Below, piece by piece: positions 1-12,297 of a DNA stretch of 64,000 bases. Source of the DNA: Lytechinus pictus (taxonomy: Eukaryota); contig NC_087250.1 in the NCBI RefSeq assembly GCF_037042905.1, positions 14,570,001-14,634,000 of the forward strand. Reading direction: 5' to 3'. The notes beneath the pieces are model-generated. The model had not been told where the DNA came from, made no database searches, and saw only the letters and a program-made list of their open reading frames with translations. Both the position numbers and the translations under genes were made by a program. The stretch's first letter is position 1; each line of letters starts with the position of its first letter.

Positions 1-144
1 ATTTCAATTTTTTTTAATATTTTGAAATTTTATTTTTCATGGATTTAGCTCCTTAAGGAGGCTTAGTTGAATGTCAATTTATGCCTTTTTAAACATTTAT
101 CATTGAAAATGGAACACGAAACACAAATCTAAAGAGTACATTTT

Positions 145-1228
145 CAGTCAGACTGCAGGTCCCAAGAAAGTGGCTTCTTTCATCCAAGTGATATTCATGA
201 CTTGAGATGTTTTGCATATTTAATGAGCTTGATGCGGACCAAAACACATCTTTTCATTCGGTCATTGCTGCTCTAATTGTGCATCGAATTTCATGAATTT
301 GGTACCATTGTAAAGAAGAAGAATCATTCTTTTAGGTCATGTGTTTGGATTTATTCAAAGATTTTGTAATATAGGTTAAAATTTTGATCTAAAATATGCT
401 ACAAAATAAATATTTTCACCTGACAAAAGCTGCTATTTTCACACTTTATATTTGTTTGAGCCCAAATGATTTTTATATCATGATAAAGCTGAATATGTAT
501 ACTTTGAAATGATATAGGTTTCAAAATAAGAATTGGTTTAATCGGGTCAAGATCACACTTTTCATTTGCCAAGTACATAAAGCAGCTTGAAAACAAGAAT
601 ACTGCACTCTGATTGGTCAAAAAGACCACACAATGGCAAATTCCAACGGTTCCAGTGCCTGGGTTCGTGGGAAGGTCACACTTCCCATGTGGTAATCTCC
701 TCAAATACCCCGCGCCTGTTGTTCTGTGAACCTTATCCAGCCAATCAGAACTCTGGATTTCATGCAAGTACAAAATTTCAGAAATCTCGTCTTGTACCTT
801 GGTGGGAAAAGTGTGATCTTGACCCGATTAAAAGGTGCCGCATATCAAGAGTGGCATTGTGAGAAAGTACAGAAGTTCAGCTCTATGGTGATATAGATAT
901 CATTGAGGCTCAAAATAAAAAGTTTTGCACAATTTGCAAAAGAAAACAGAGGAAGAAAATTCAGTTTTGAAGCACATTTTCAGGCCAGAAATTTACTTAT
1001 TTAACAAAATATTGTATACAAAATAAATGACCAATATGAAAGAGTAACTTTTACTCTATCTGATGGTGCAATAATATTTCATTTAACTTGAGATTAAAAC
1101 AGGTAAATTCTTAGAGAAAGAAAATCTCACGAATCACGAGATTTTGCAAGGAGGAGGATTCAGCCACGAGATGATTTGGATGAATCTGGCCTTTTTGCTC
1201 ATTAGCATAGGGACCTGCGGTCTGACTG
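145..1228. mobile_element. Fold-back MITE
   Basis: TIR CAGTCAGACTGCAGGTCCC / GGGACCTGCGGTCTGACTG; internal inverted repeat 538-564 versus 806-831. Confidence 0.7.
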
Positions 1229-3154
1229 TTTTACATCATATCTGTTGTTTATCCATTGAAAATTTTAAAAAGAAAAAATATTATTTTTTCATCTTTTCTG
1301 AGGACGGTACCTTTTCGGTGTTGAAGGAGCTAAATCCAAAATAATTTTAATAAAATTGTTATTTTCATCAAAATTTGCACAGATGGTGTGAACTTGTATC
1401 CACAACATGTACATGTACCTAAAAATTTGAATGCATGACTATGTATTAAAGTAGAAACATTTTTACCAATCTTCCCCAATTTTTTTTTCAAATGCGATAC
1501 GGTGCATTTGATTCCCAGGTCCGAGATACATATATTTATATCAAAAAAATCAATTTTGGTCAATACTGGTTTAGCCCCTTTTGGACTCAAGCTTTTCAAA
1601 TACTGTCATAAATATAATACAGGTAATGAAAATCAAAAAGAGACAATTCAACATGTATGTAACATGTAAAACACATCTGTAATTATTACATGTTTACAGA
1701 ATGAACATGTATTATGTATTGTACATTCATATCTATACTTGAACTGAAACCATGACAGAGTCTACTCTAGTCATACCACAACTAACTCTTGTCGGTAAAC
1801 CCTGAATAGTCACATAGAACAGGATATGTTTCCATAGAGTCCTATCTCCCATTACAGATCTTTGTCATGTTATTAGCCTGCATTCAAGACCAAACAGTAA
1901 AAAAAATGCTTGTATCATTCCCTATCTAGGGATAAACTAGTCTGCAGGCACAGACCCTAATTGAATCTTTTATCAACAAGTAGGTCTTCACACAAGACTA
2001 GCACAAATAAAAGTTGCTGTTTCAATATTTCAATGGCAGGGACCTTAGGCTGCATATTCAGACTACTTAAGCTGAGCGAGAGGTTTGTTCAAGGGATCAG
2101 ACTAGGGATAACCAGGGTCAGTGCTAGTCTGCTGTGCAAACCCTTCACTTGAGTTAAGGGGTCTGAATGTGCAGCCTATAAGGACTTGTGGACTGACAGC
2201 CCTCTCGCTAGTCTTAGTGTGAAGACCCGCCTGTTGATCAAAGTTCAATAAGGGTCTGCAGACTAGGCCAAAGGCTGTTGACAACCCCTCCCCAGTAATT
2301 TTTCAAGTAATTAATAAAAGAAAAGAGAGGGGGAAAAAGGAAGTAGAGTATTAAAACAAAAAGGAGAGATCTGTGCTATCTGACTCTAATATCCTTATAA
2401 TTCAGTTTTTAAATAAATGTGACAACCTATTGAGGTCATCTGAACTGAACAATGATGAAATCCCCATCCCAATGACCAAAACTTACCGGTACTTAAAGGG
2501 CAAGTCCAAGAAAAAAAAATGAAATGAATAAAAGAAAAATGCAGAAAATTTGGGATAAATCCAAGAACAATATTATGGAATCACTTAATTAATTTAATCT
2601 CAATGTATTGCGCCTTATTTGTTTTTAGAGATGTGATATAAATTAATTTGAATTTCATCAAAATGGGATTTCAAATAAAAAATGTTATGACTATTTTTAA
2701 AGTTTTGCTTATACATAAAACAGTTACATGTGCAATTTGAAAAATCAACTATTCCCATAACTGGCAGATCGGGTCTTAGACCCAATGGAATTTGAAAATT
2801 TCATAATAAAATTGCGTTAAGTTGTGCCATTATTGTGATGTCACCCTTCTGCGTTAATCCAAATACAATAGATTGGTCGAACAAAGTGTACGCAACGCCA
2901 TGCATTGATCACAGTTTTTCTCTTTCAAAGTGATTACAAACCTCATCTAAACACAAGTTTTCCTTAAATTTCAGGAGTACATGTAGATCTACTGCTAATC
3001 CATGTTCTTTCCTGTTACTGAATATCTTCATTGTTCAATTAAACACAAGGCGGCGTACTTCTTTAATTTGTCCATTACTCGCAGTACACCGATTTCCACA
3101 AAGATTCTGTCAAAAATTCTTTCCTTGTGAATCTTTCAATCTCACTTTTCTATT

Positions 3155-3409
3155 TCAAGATACCACATCGCTCTTTTTAGAAGGCAGCGACTCCCCATTG
3201 ACTTCTTGCAGACATCGTTTCTCTCCTCTTCTCTCCTTGGTCAGTTCTGTCTTTTCTACCAAGTTGCTCTTAGTAGAAGAGTTCTGATTGGAGGATTTCA
3301 AAATATACGTGTTCTGATTGGCTGACTTGTTCTCTTCATCATCAGATGATTCTTCCGAGTCTGACTCCGAGCTGCTTTCCTCCGACGAGTCATCTTTGCT
3401 TACAGATGT
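3155..3409 (-). CDS. UBE2T: UBE2T terminal coding exon: Ser/acidic then basic C-terminal tail; stop TGA at 3155-3157 (full protein about 243 aa)
   Basis: TAG acceptor at 3410-3412 followed by an 85-codon phase-0 frame (TSVSKDDSSEESSSESDSEESSDDEE...KKSDVVS*). No homology support beyond composition. Confidence 0.72.
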   Translation of the reverse strand, partial: TSVSKDDSSEESSSESDSEESSDDEENKSANQNTYILKSSNQNSSTKSNLVEKTELTKERRGEKRCLQEVNGESLPSKKSDVVS

Positions 3410-3464
3410 CTAGAACAAATATTAAAATTTGAATGAAGAATTACCACTAGGGAAGTCATTCTTA

Positions 3465-3607
3465 TACCTCAGTCACATTTCCCCTACGGCAAGTAAAAAA
3501 CAGCAGTTTTAACATATTTGTACCAGCTACATATAGTTGGCTTGAATAAAATTAATAAAATGGCTGTTTTCGACTTGCCGTACGGCCACCATAATGTGAC
3601 TGAGGTA
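3465..3607. mobile_element. PIF/Harbinger-type MITE
   Basis: TIR TACCTCAGTCACATT; TTA duplication on both sides. Confidence 0.75.
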
Positions 3608-4406
3608 TTACCCATTATTCAATATTCATCCAAATTTCAAAGAAAGTTCCATAAAAGAAATTCATCAAAATCAGATATAGGAAAGAAAGTGACAGCATTT
3701 CTCAGTTTAATACATGCATAACATTTCTGTATATGCAAATCAACCAATGATATCACAATATCACTTATTCTTATGTCTTTTCTTACAAAAATTTTCATCA
3801 CATAAAAAAGATGAATTTGAGAATTCCTCTAACGTATCATAAAAATTAATTGTTGTTGAACAAGAGGGGCTTTTTTTTATTTTCCCTAGGCATCACACCA
3901 TACATGTATGTTATATTATTTGAGCACCAAAAAGATATACCTCTTACAACCAATTTCATACAATGGGACTTATTTAGGGGCCACAAAACCAGGGGAGTGC
4001 AAGGGGGGGGGGGTTCAGCCCCTCCACTTTTTTCAAAAACCGCATACAATAATGTAAAAATTACCATTTGATTGTGATTTTTTGCATGGTCACCCCCCCC
4101 CCCTTAAAAAACCGTTCTGCAGCCCCTTAATGAAAAATTAATTTGCATTCCACACTTGTTTTGCATACATGTAGCATAGCTTCAAAAAGTCATATGCAGA
4201 GCTATCAACCGTGTGCAATAAACAAAAATGAAAAAATGGTGTATCACTAGTAAATTTGTAACTATTTGCAATCGATTACAAATATTTTTAGATTGATTGA
4301 AACACACCCCTTCACCTTTCTCTGGCCACTGAAGCAGAATTTGCAATGCTTTAATAGCCACTACTTTTTTCTCATTTTTTCTGAGAACTGAGATGATATA
4401 CTCATA

Positions 4407-4726
4407 GGCCTATATTCTGACGGGATTAAACTAAACCCTGGTTTAAAGTTGTGGTTTAACTATGGAGAGCCAATTGGGGCAAAAATCCGTAACAGTACAC
4501 ATCCAATTTATTATCTCATTTGACAGTCAAATTGTTCATAATTGTCTGGGAATGATAACTGAAATATTTTGAAGTATTTTTCTTCATCATGAGAGCAAAA
4601 GGAAACATAAGAGTAAACATAAGAAATATACAATACAAACAGAATCTTTGCACTTTGGGCTCCCTTTAATTCTCGCACAGAGTAAGACCATGGTCTAAAT
4701 TAAAACCCGACTTCAGAATACGGGCC
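4407..4726. mobile_element. GGCCCGTATTCTGA-family MITE (related copies 6209-6519 and 62284-62594)
   Basis: 14-bp TIRs; AGT 3-bp duplication at the 62284 copy. Confidence 0.75.
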
Positions 4727-5069
4727 ATTGGGTGGTGTTCTGATAATTAAACCTACTCTAAACTAGAATTTTAAACCATGCTTCATGGAGTGCTGGGTTT
4801 CATAATATTTCTTCCATGTTTGTGGCTGGCAATTATACTGAATTAATTCAGTATAATTCATTAATTAATATTTTTGCATTTTCTTATTCTTTCCATTTCA
4901 CAACTCAATTAATTTCTTGGCAACTTTTTGCAGCAGAATAAGAATCATTTTTAAATTGGTGAATGGGTTGACAAATGGCACTTCATAAAACTGTGATCTA
5001 TGTAAACCCATGTTTAACTGAACGATGACAATCAGAATACCGCCCGTAGTGTATTACACCTTTTCCCAC

Positions 5070-5156
5070 CTGTTGCATATCTTGTGTAGCATGTGTCTTT
5101 GTCAATTGCTTAGCCTTCTCCACAAACACGGCTCTGTTGTGCTTGAATTCTGCAGA
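5070..5156 (-). CDS. UBE2T: UBE2T coding exon 5 (SAEFKHNRAVFVEKAKQLTKTHATQDMQQ)
   Basis: Matches the last E2 helix (S.EFK.N...F...A...T..HA); TAG acceptor and CAG|GTGGGA donor. Confidence 0.9.
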
Positions 5157-6688
5157 CTAGGAAAATCAAAGTAGAATTTAATAAATAATTTGCTAAAAGT
5201 ATTAAGGCACAATAGGGCAATCCAATCCTGTCAAGAAATTATAATAATAATAACAAATAGCTGGATTTATAAAGCACTTTTTGCCTGAGGATACAAAGCG
5301 CTGCTCTTATTACCCCGGCTTAAGCTGTGCTGCTATTATGGGTGCTGCAGCTTTTGAGGAATTTCTTCCTACCCTGTACCCAGTTGCCTCACCTGGGTTG
5401 AGTGCAGCACGATATGGGTATATTTCTTGCTGAATGTTCATGAAGGAGAGGAGCAATTTCGCCCACATGACAGCCGAAATCACAGCTGAAATTCACAAAA
5501 TGGAATGCTTTGGGGTGACCAACTTTAAACAATACTCAAGAACAATATTCTACATACATCAGAATACTGAAATATACTTTTCCATCATAATCGCTCATTC
5601 AGAAAAAATTAGCCTTTCAAGTAAAGAAATAGCCCCCAAAATTCAGCCATTGCCCTAATCTGTCTAAAAAAATAAAAAGTTATTTCCTAATCAGCTGAAT
5701 TATGTTGGACTATCACTGGACATCTTACTAAGATGTAGTGACCAGTAAAAAGGAAACAAGAAAAGCGTGATTCCCTGAATACAAATAAATAATAATAATA
5801 ATAATAATATAGGATTTGTATAGCGCACGTATCCACCTTGCTAGGTGCTCAAGGCGCTTCTTTATTACCCCGACTAAACTAGTCTACCGATTCCGGTGTG
5901 CACAGCTTTTTGAGGAATTACTTCCTGCCGGTACCCATTCACCTCACCTAGGTTGAGTGCAGCACAATGTGGATAGATTTCTTGCTGAAGGAAAACATGC
6001 AATGGCTGGGACCACGTCCTTCAGATTGAAAGACGAGAATCTTAACCACTAGACCAAGACGCCCCCACATAGTGTAGGAATTATTTCTACACTGTACATA
6101 ACACCACTGTAAAAGGAGATGTTCGAACTATGCTGGCTGGAATGAAAATTTGTCTTTAGTCTTGGTTCTAGTTGTGAGGAACCAGGCAAATAATACATTA
6201 ACTTCAATGGTCCGTATTCTGATAGCAGGTTTAACTTAAACTCAGGTTTAAAGTTGTGGTTTAAGTATGGGAAGCCAAAAGTATCAAAACTTTTATTAAG
6301 TTGTATGTTTATTATGTGTACTGTGCTCTTTTCTGATACATCGATGGTGAAGACAATCATCTATTTATACTTCCTAGACAATTATGAATGATTTGAGAGC
6401 CAAATGAGCTGAAGTATGATATCTCTACTGTTAGTGATTTATGTAACAATTGGCTATCCATACTTACACCACAACTTTAAACACGAGTTTAAGTTAAACC
6501 TGCAATCAGAATACGGGCCACCGGGGCTAATTATGTAAATGAGGTCATATCTAAGGGCGCCATGGCCAAATCACAGCACAGAAAACATATGTGTATGGAG
6601 ATGCAGCAGGTTTAAGAGCTGTTGCAATGTGTGCATTGGCCTGCAATGCGAATTGCACTGATATGCGATTGGCAACTTGTTGCAACCT

Positions 6689-7135
6689 GGGCCCCGTCTT
6701 ACAAAGAGTTACGATTGATCTGATCAACCTCAAGTATATGGAAATCCATCAATGTCATAATTTGGGGGGGGGGGGAATTTGCACAACATCCTTTGAAAAC
6801 AAAGAGAAGCACATGCACTGAATTGTCAAGAAAACAGTGAATGTATGAATACAGGGAATAATTTTGCTGTACAAGTTTGAATAGCATTTTTGGTCATAGA
6901 GAAAAGCTCTCAACTAAGTAATGAACGGACCTATGTAAAAAATATGCTATACAAAAGACTTTATGCTTAGCAGTCTTTCAAATATGTGGAGCAAATTGCG
7001 ATGCGATACCAGGAAATTTATTCCCTGGAATATACATCATACCTAGAAAATATTTTTAACACACATGTATTTTAGATGTTGACATTCGTCCCATAGTTGT
7101 GGTTGATCCCAGCACCTCTTTGTAAGACGGGGCCT
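6689..7135. mobile_element. GGCCCCGTCTTACAAAGAG-family MITE (related copy 22592-22862)
   Basis: Terminal inverted repeats of about 20 bp shared by both copies. Confidence 0.75.
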
Positions 7136-7166
7136 GATCTCAGTGAAATCTGAGGAGGATACTTAC

Positions 7167-7265
7167 AATATCGGCCATAAGCGGATCGTCAGGGTTAGGC
7201 TCGGCCATCAAGAGTTGCAAGGAAGTCAACATGGTAGAGATGTTGAGACTTGGTTTCCAGTTACC
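7167..7265 (-). CDS. UBE2T: UBE2T coding exon 4 ([33 protein letters not shown])
   Basis: Close to UBE2[29 protein letters not shown]; 99 nt, phase 0. Confidence 0.97.
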
Positions 7266-7436
7266 CTGTAAGATGATAGATTTAAACATTATGACAGTGA
7301 TTACAAGCATGGAGTAATATAAAAATTTAATACTATTATTGTTTTTTTTTCAACACATCTACTGTTACTTTTAATTGTACCTCAAAGATGATAACAAATA
7401 CAATGTATAATTAAGAGCTCAAAAATGTTTTTTTTA

Positions 7437-7755
7437 GATGATGATGACGAATATGATATATGATATGATGAGATGATGTGGTGGTGGTGGTGGTGATGAT
7501 GATGATGATGATGACATGATGATGATATTAGGATAATGATGATACTGATAATATTGATGATCATAATGATTATGATAATGACGATGATGATGATTATCAT
7601 AATGGTGATGATGACGATGATTATGATGATGATGAAGATAAGGACAACGATGATGATGATAATGAAGATGATGATGACAATGATGATGATGATTGTGAAG
7701 ATGATGATAATATTGATGATCATGATGATAATAATGATGATGATATGATGGTGAT
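7437..7755. repeat. Imperfect (GAT/ATG)n microsatellite
   Basis: Trinucleotide run in a UBE2T intron. Confidence 0.95.
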
Positions 7756-7761
7756 TCTTTT

Positions 7762-8210
7762 AAGACATTGTTTTCATTATACTTTCTAAAACTAGTTTAC
7801 TGGAAATCGGTTCCGGGAACCAGTTTGGAAGATCTCTTTGCTAGCGTTCCCATTTGATCAGCTGGAAGTGGTTTTCAAAACCAGTTCACGTAAAGTGGCC
7901 TTGTTGCTATGGGAACGCTCTCTGTGGGGGTGACATGTTTCGCATGAAATTCAAAACTGCAGCGTAGACATTCTACACTGACAGTGTGTGGAGTAGCGCG
8001 TTCAAGATGTACAAAGATCGCTTCCTGAAGAACGGATGTGGCCTCACCCAAAACCAGTTCAAGGAGGCAAAGCGATCTTGAAGACTACATCTCGAGGTGG
8101 TTTTCCGAACTGGCTGAAAGATCCCTTTAAAAACCGCTCTGACCGTTCTTATTACACGTTAAACAAGTTTCCAGTAAACTAGTTTTAGGGCGGTAATGAG
8201 AACGGGGTCT
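7762..8210. mobile_element. MITE
   Basis: Inverted repeat CTAAAACTAGTTTACTGGAAA / TTTCCAGTAAACTAGTTTTAG. Confidence 0.7.
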
Positions 8211-8556
8211 ACGTCTCTGGACAATATCTTTATAATATTAATAATATTAATAATAACAGCATATTTACCCAGGGTAGCCACTTTAGTTCCGAAAACTGTT
8301 CTACCAGCGGGCCCTGCTATTATTATTACCCGGCTAAGCTAGGCTACCAATTCAGGTACACAGAGCTTTTTGAGGAATTATTTCCTGCCGGTAGTACCGG
8401 TACCCATTTACCTCACCTGGGTTGAGTGCAGCACAGTGTGGATAAAATTCTTGCCCCTGAATCACAATACACTGCACTTCGAGACAAGTCACACAGTCTC
8501 TGTCTTGAGAAACCAAACACTGACAACAAGAAACCAAAAATATTTTCAATTCTTAC

Positions 8557-8662
8557 AGCGGGAGGCATCTTCAGGAGGTCCAGACAGATTCTTCCACTCG
8601 TATCGATATTTGGATGATAGATGGGAGTTACATACTGCACCTTCGGAGGCTCAAACGGGTAT
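8557..8662 (-). CDS. UBE2T: UBE2T coding exon 3 ([35 protein letters not shown]), contains catalytic Cys
   Basis: HPN motif and GRICLD active site followed by the UBE2T-type K.PP loop; AG/GTAAG boundaries. Confidence 0.97.
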
Positions 8663-9705
8663 CTACAAGTATAGAACAAAATAATTCAATTCAATTCATT
8701 TCATTTATTTGACATCCTTTAAAAACATACAAACATATATACAAGTATAATATGATACAATAACAAAGGAGTAAAAGAATTTATATCACAGTATAAGCAA
8801 TAAAAAATGGTAGAAATATTAAAAGAAATGAAAAGAGAATGTAGCGGATGTAGGAAGTCAGAATGGCCATTGACCTGTCAAAGCCAACTCCCTTGATTAC
8901 TATATTATGGTACGATTAAAAACACAAATAGAATAGTGGCAAAAAAATAACAGACACAAACATATCGACATCAACCCCCCCCCCCCCCCCCCCTTTAGAT
9001 AGGCAGTTGGAATTTTATCTTCTATAATAATATTAATCACATGAATTTATATAGCGTAATCTATCTAGAAATAATCTATTCCGATGCGCATTGTTATTAT
9101 TATTATCATAACCCTTGCTTTAGTTCAATCTGATCAATCCTGCCGGGTTCCCATTCACCTCACCTGGGTTGAGAGCAGCACGATGCGGGTGAATTTCTTG
9201 CTGAAGGAAAACATGCCATGTGAATATCAGTGCTGGGCGATATTTCAATATTATATTATCAAAATTATGTGATAATTTAGAAAATATTGAATATCCAATA
9301 ATGGTTTTGTGCAGGCAAGATATTTTTTTACTTTGGGGAGCTACTTTTCAAAACTTACTGCCTAAATCTGCAACATTAGATAAGCTTAAACATTGCAATC
9401 AATCAAGATTTCCAGGGCTCTATTGAACATTTCGGGGGCTAAATGTAATTATTGGCCTGGTTCGGTTCGTAACATTTAGAACCAGGCCAATAATACATTG
9501 ACTTCAATGGGGCTAATTATGTATTCATGAGGTCATATCTAAGGCCCCCATGGACCAATTCCAACTAAATTTTGAAAGTGGGGGTTTTTCATCATGCTCT
9601 ACCAAAATATGGTATAAATAATGCTGAAATGCTAAAATGTTTTAGTGACGTCATCACTTTGAGACTCTATATAACATAATGATAAGTCAAGATAATTTAT
9701 ATCAC

Positions 9706-9775
9706 CTGTCTGGTATATGAATGTCTAATTTAAAGACGCCTCCAGCATATGGTGTTGATTCACCACCAAGAATTT
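9706..9775 (-). CDS. UBE2T: UBE2T coding exon 2 (KILGGESTPYAGGVFKLDIHIPDR)
   Basis: E2 motif TPY.GG.F.L; AG/GT boundaries; phases 1 and 2 fit the neighbouring exons. Confidence 0.95.
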
Positions 9776-10888
9776 CTGAAATTAAAGATATAAGGAAATA
9801 TTGTAACTTTTTTTTTTTATATTTCAATGATATTTTTATTGATACTAAATCAGTAAAACACATATACAAATCAATGTTTATAAGGTGCCATTCATATTCT
9901 TAATGTTTCATAGCAAAATAACAGAAGTACAGGAACAGCGAGTAATTATTGAAAAAAAAAAGTAAGTGTAAGTACATATATCTAGACAAAAACTCAATAA
10001 TAATCGATTTTAAAAAATGGTACAATTCCATTCTTGATAGTCAAATTTCCTTTCCTTGTACTGTTCTTCTGTTTAGAAGAAAATATCATACTTTGTAAAA
10101 GCTGATACTTGGCTCGTTTACTATTGTAAATGCACCTTTCTGGTAAGAGTAGGATATGATTTTTTTTTTACCATCCTGTTGTTTTTCTGAAAGTCCTACA
10201 ATTACAGTCTTTTTGTCCAGATTAGAAAAATCAAATGTGGGTTCAAAAAAATGAAATTCATACCAAAATATTTGTACAAAGCAGCATTGCCGAATAATAA
10301 TAATAATAAATAATAATAAATTATAATAATAATAATAATTAACGGCAATAAATAATAATAATAATGATATTAACATCTGCTATATGTTCTTTTTTTAGTT
10401 TGTTCTTGTTGTTCACGATCATAGTGATTTATTTGTGTTTTTCATGTGATGGACAGAAAAATTACTGAGAAAAAAATATTAAGCAATTGCATATTTTAGC
10501 ATTACCATTTAAATCAATGTGAGAAAAATGAATTGTCAACTTTTCAAATAGCTACTATGATTAAAATATAACATACTCAAAAAAATTCACAGTTAAAGAT
10601 GAATCAGAAAGCAAGACATCATTACTAAAATGAATATTCATACAAATTGAATTGGAAAAAAAAATAATAATTGACTTCAAACATCAATGGAGTCTTCAGT
10701 CTTTAAAGCTATGAAATAAGTAGCCTAAATCAATATCAAACATTTATAACATGTTGCATATTAATGTTGTATTGTACTGTTTTTTGTACATGCAATAGTT
10801 CAAAACAGTCGTTTGTCAAGTTTTTAGAACTTCACCTCTAGTTAATTATTCACAATCCAATGTTTGTTAAATTCAATAATAAACTTAC

Positions 10889-11003
10889 TTGCTTCAAGTC
10901 GAGTTACATCATCATCTTTCATCCAGCAACTTATGCCAGGAGGGGGCGCCCTTTTCATCATCTCAATTTCTCGTTTCATTCGAGAGTTACATGTACTCTG
11001 CAT
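10889..11003 (-). CDS. UBE2T: UBE2T coding exon 1 (start codon; MQSTCNSRMKREIEMMKRAPPPGISCWMKDDDVTRLEA)
   Basis: Translation resembles the UBE2T N-terminus (R.KRE..M....PPPGI.CW). GTAAG donor at 10888; CAG acceptor at 11062-11064 upstream of the ATG. Confidence 0.93.
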
Positions 11004-11924
11004 TGCGTCCTAGTATGTAGCTCACAATATATCTGGAGTAGAATTTGTGATGCTGCAAAGTCTGAAGTAGAAGGGAAGAAGAAAAAGGGCTCTAATTATT
11101 TAGTTCTAAATCCAAGACAACAAAGGTTAGCATTGTTGAAAGAAATTTAAATTCAATTCCAAAATCAAGGAAAATCACATCCTTTGATTTAAACATATAT
11201 ATGTAACTTGTTAATCTTGCAATATGCACTTTACAAATCTACTTGAATTGTAATTGACTGCAACTTGTGCAGTAACTTTTGTATTTCAAAATAGGGTCTA
11301 CCAGTACCAATCAACATGCAACATGCTCAAGCTCAACTTAGTTTATGAAAATTGTAAAACTCGTGAAAACAATTTGTCTCAAGTACCAGTCACAATTCTT
11401 CAACCCACTAACGTTAAGCAGAGAATTTATTGAGTAGGTTCAGTGACAACCAAATATAAAGCAGGATCTCTCTGCTGATCTCTGAAGCTAACGGAGGAAG
11501 AAGAAAGACTGAAGTTTATCATAATTTCTCCATTTCATTTTCAAATCCAACATTGATTGGATGTTGGAATCCAGGTCCCAGGACCAGGAATATAGAGGAT
11601 GCGGCGATGCGCTACCAAGTCTGGCATGCGTTCGCGTTAAGATCCATACTCTAACCATACTCCATAGCCTTAACTTTTTTAGTCGTATGAAAGTCTAAGT
11701 TTGTCGTACTTTAAGTTTAATTAAACCTTGGCTTGAGGGTTGGACGGCAAGGCTTGCGCTTAATTGGTCACAAAACGGCAAAAACTCCCAAAACTCAGAT
11801 CAGCCAATCTTCAATTTCAATTCAGTTTAACGTTTAGAAATTAGAGTTTAGCATTAGCAGAATTTTTGCCAGTCTCCTTGGCCTTGGGATCTCGATTTAT
11901 TGCTATGACGTTTAGGTCTACTAC

Positions 11925-12272
11925 CTGGAGCGTGAAACTGTCTTGTGCTGCATAGCTTTTCCCGCGACGGAAGTCGAAGAAAATGGTAAAATCCCCTACT
12001 GGCTCGAACCACTAAAGTTTAGAATAATTCATATTTATCTTTATTATTCGCTAATATTTAATTTTTATTTGATTCTTTACTGCTAATATTAAACTACGTT
12101 ATAATTTTTTTTAATTTTAGAATTGGATCTATATTTCTACATATTTTAAAAATTTAGTTAAATTATGGACCGTCTTTCGTTTTCTTAGGGTTAGACGTTG
12201 CCAATTTTAACTCTGGTTTTGCCAATCGCGAAGGTCTCATTTTCGGATAAAATTCTCCCTTTCGACGCAAAG
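11925..12272. promoter_or_regulatory. Probable bidirectional promoter/5' UTR region shared by UBE2T and ACTL6A
   Basis: Divergent ATGs about 1.27 kb apart. Putative UBE2T non-coding exon donor at 11924; E2F-type TTTCCCGC 11958-11965; ETS-type CGGAAGT 11968-11974; CCAAT at 12201 and 12222. Confidence 0.6.
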
Positions 12273-12297
12273 ATGAGTGGTGGAGTTTATGGTGGAG
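12273..12297 (+). CDS. ACTL6A: ACTL6A/BAF53 exon 1 (MSGGVYGG)
   Basis: Diagnostic MSGGVYGG N-terminus; GTGAGT donor. Confidence 0.95.

Noticed and set aside
7382-7748. Ile-rich and Met-rich ORFs
   Set aside because: Translations of a (GAT)n microsatellite.
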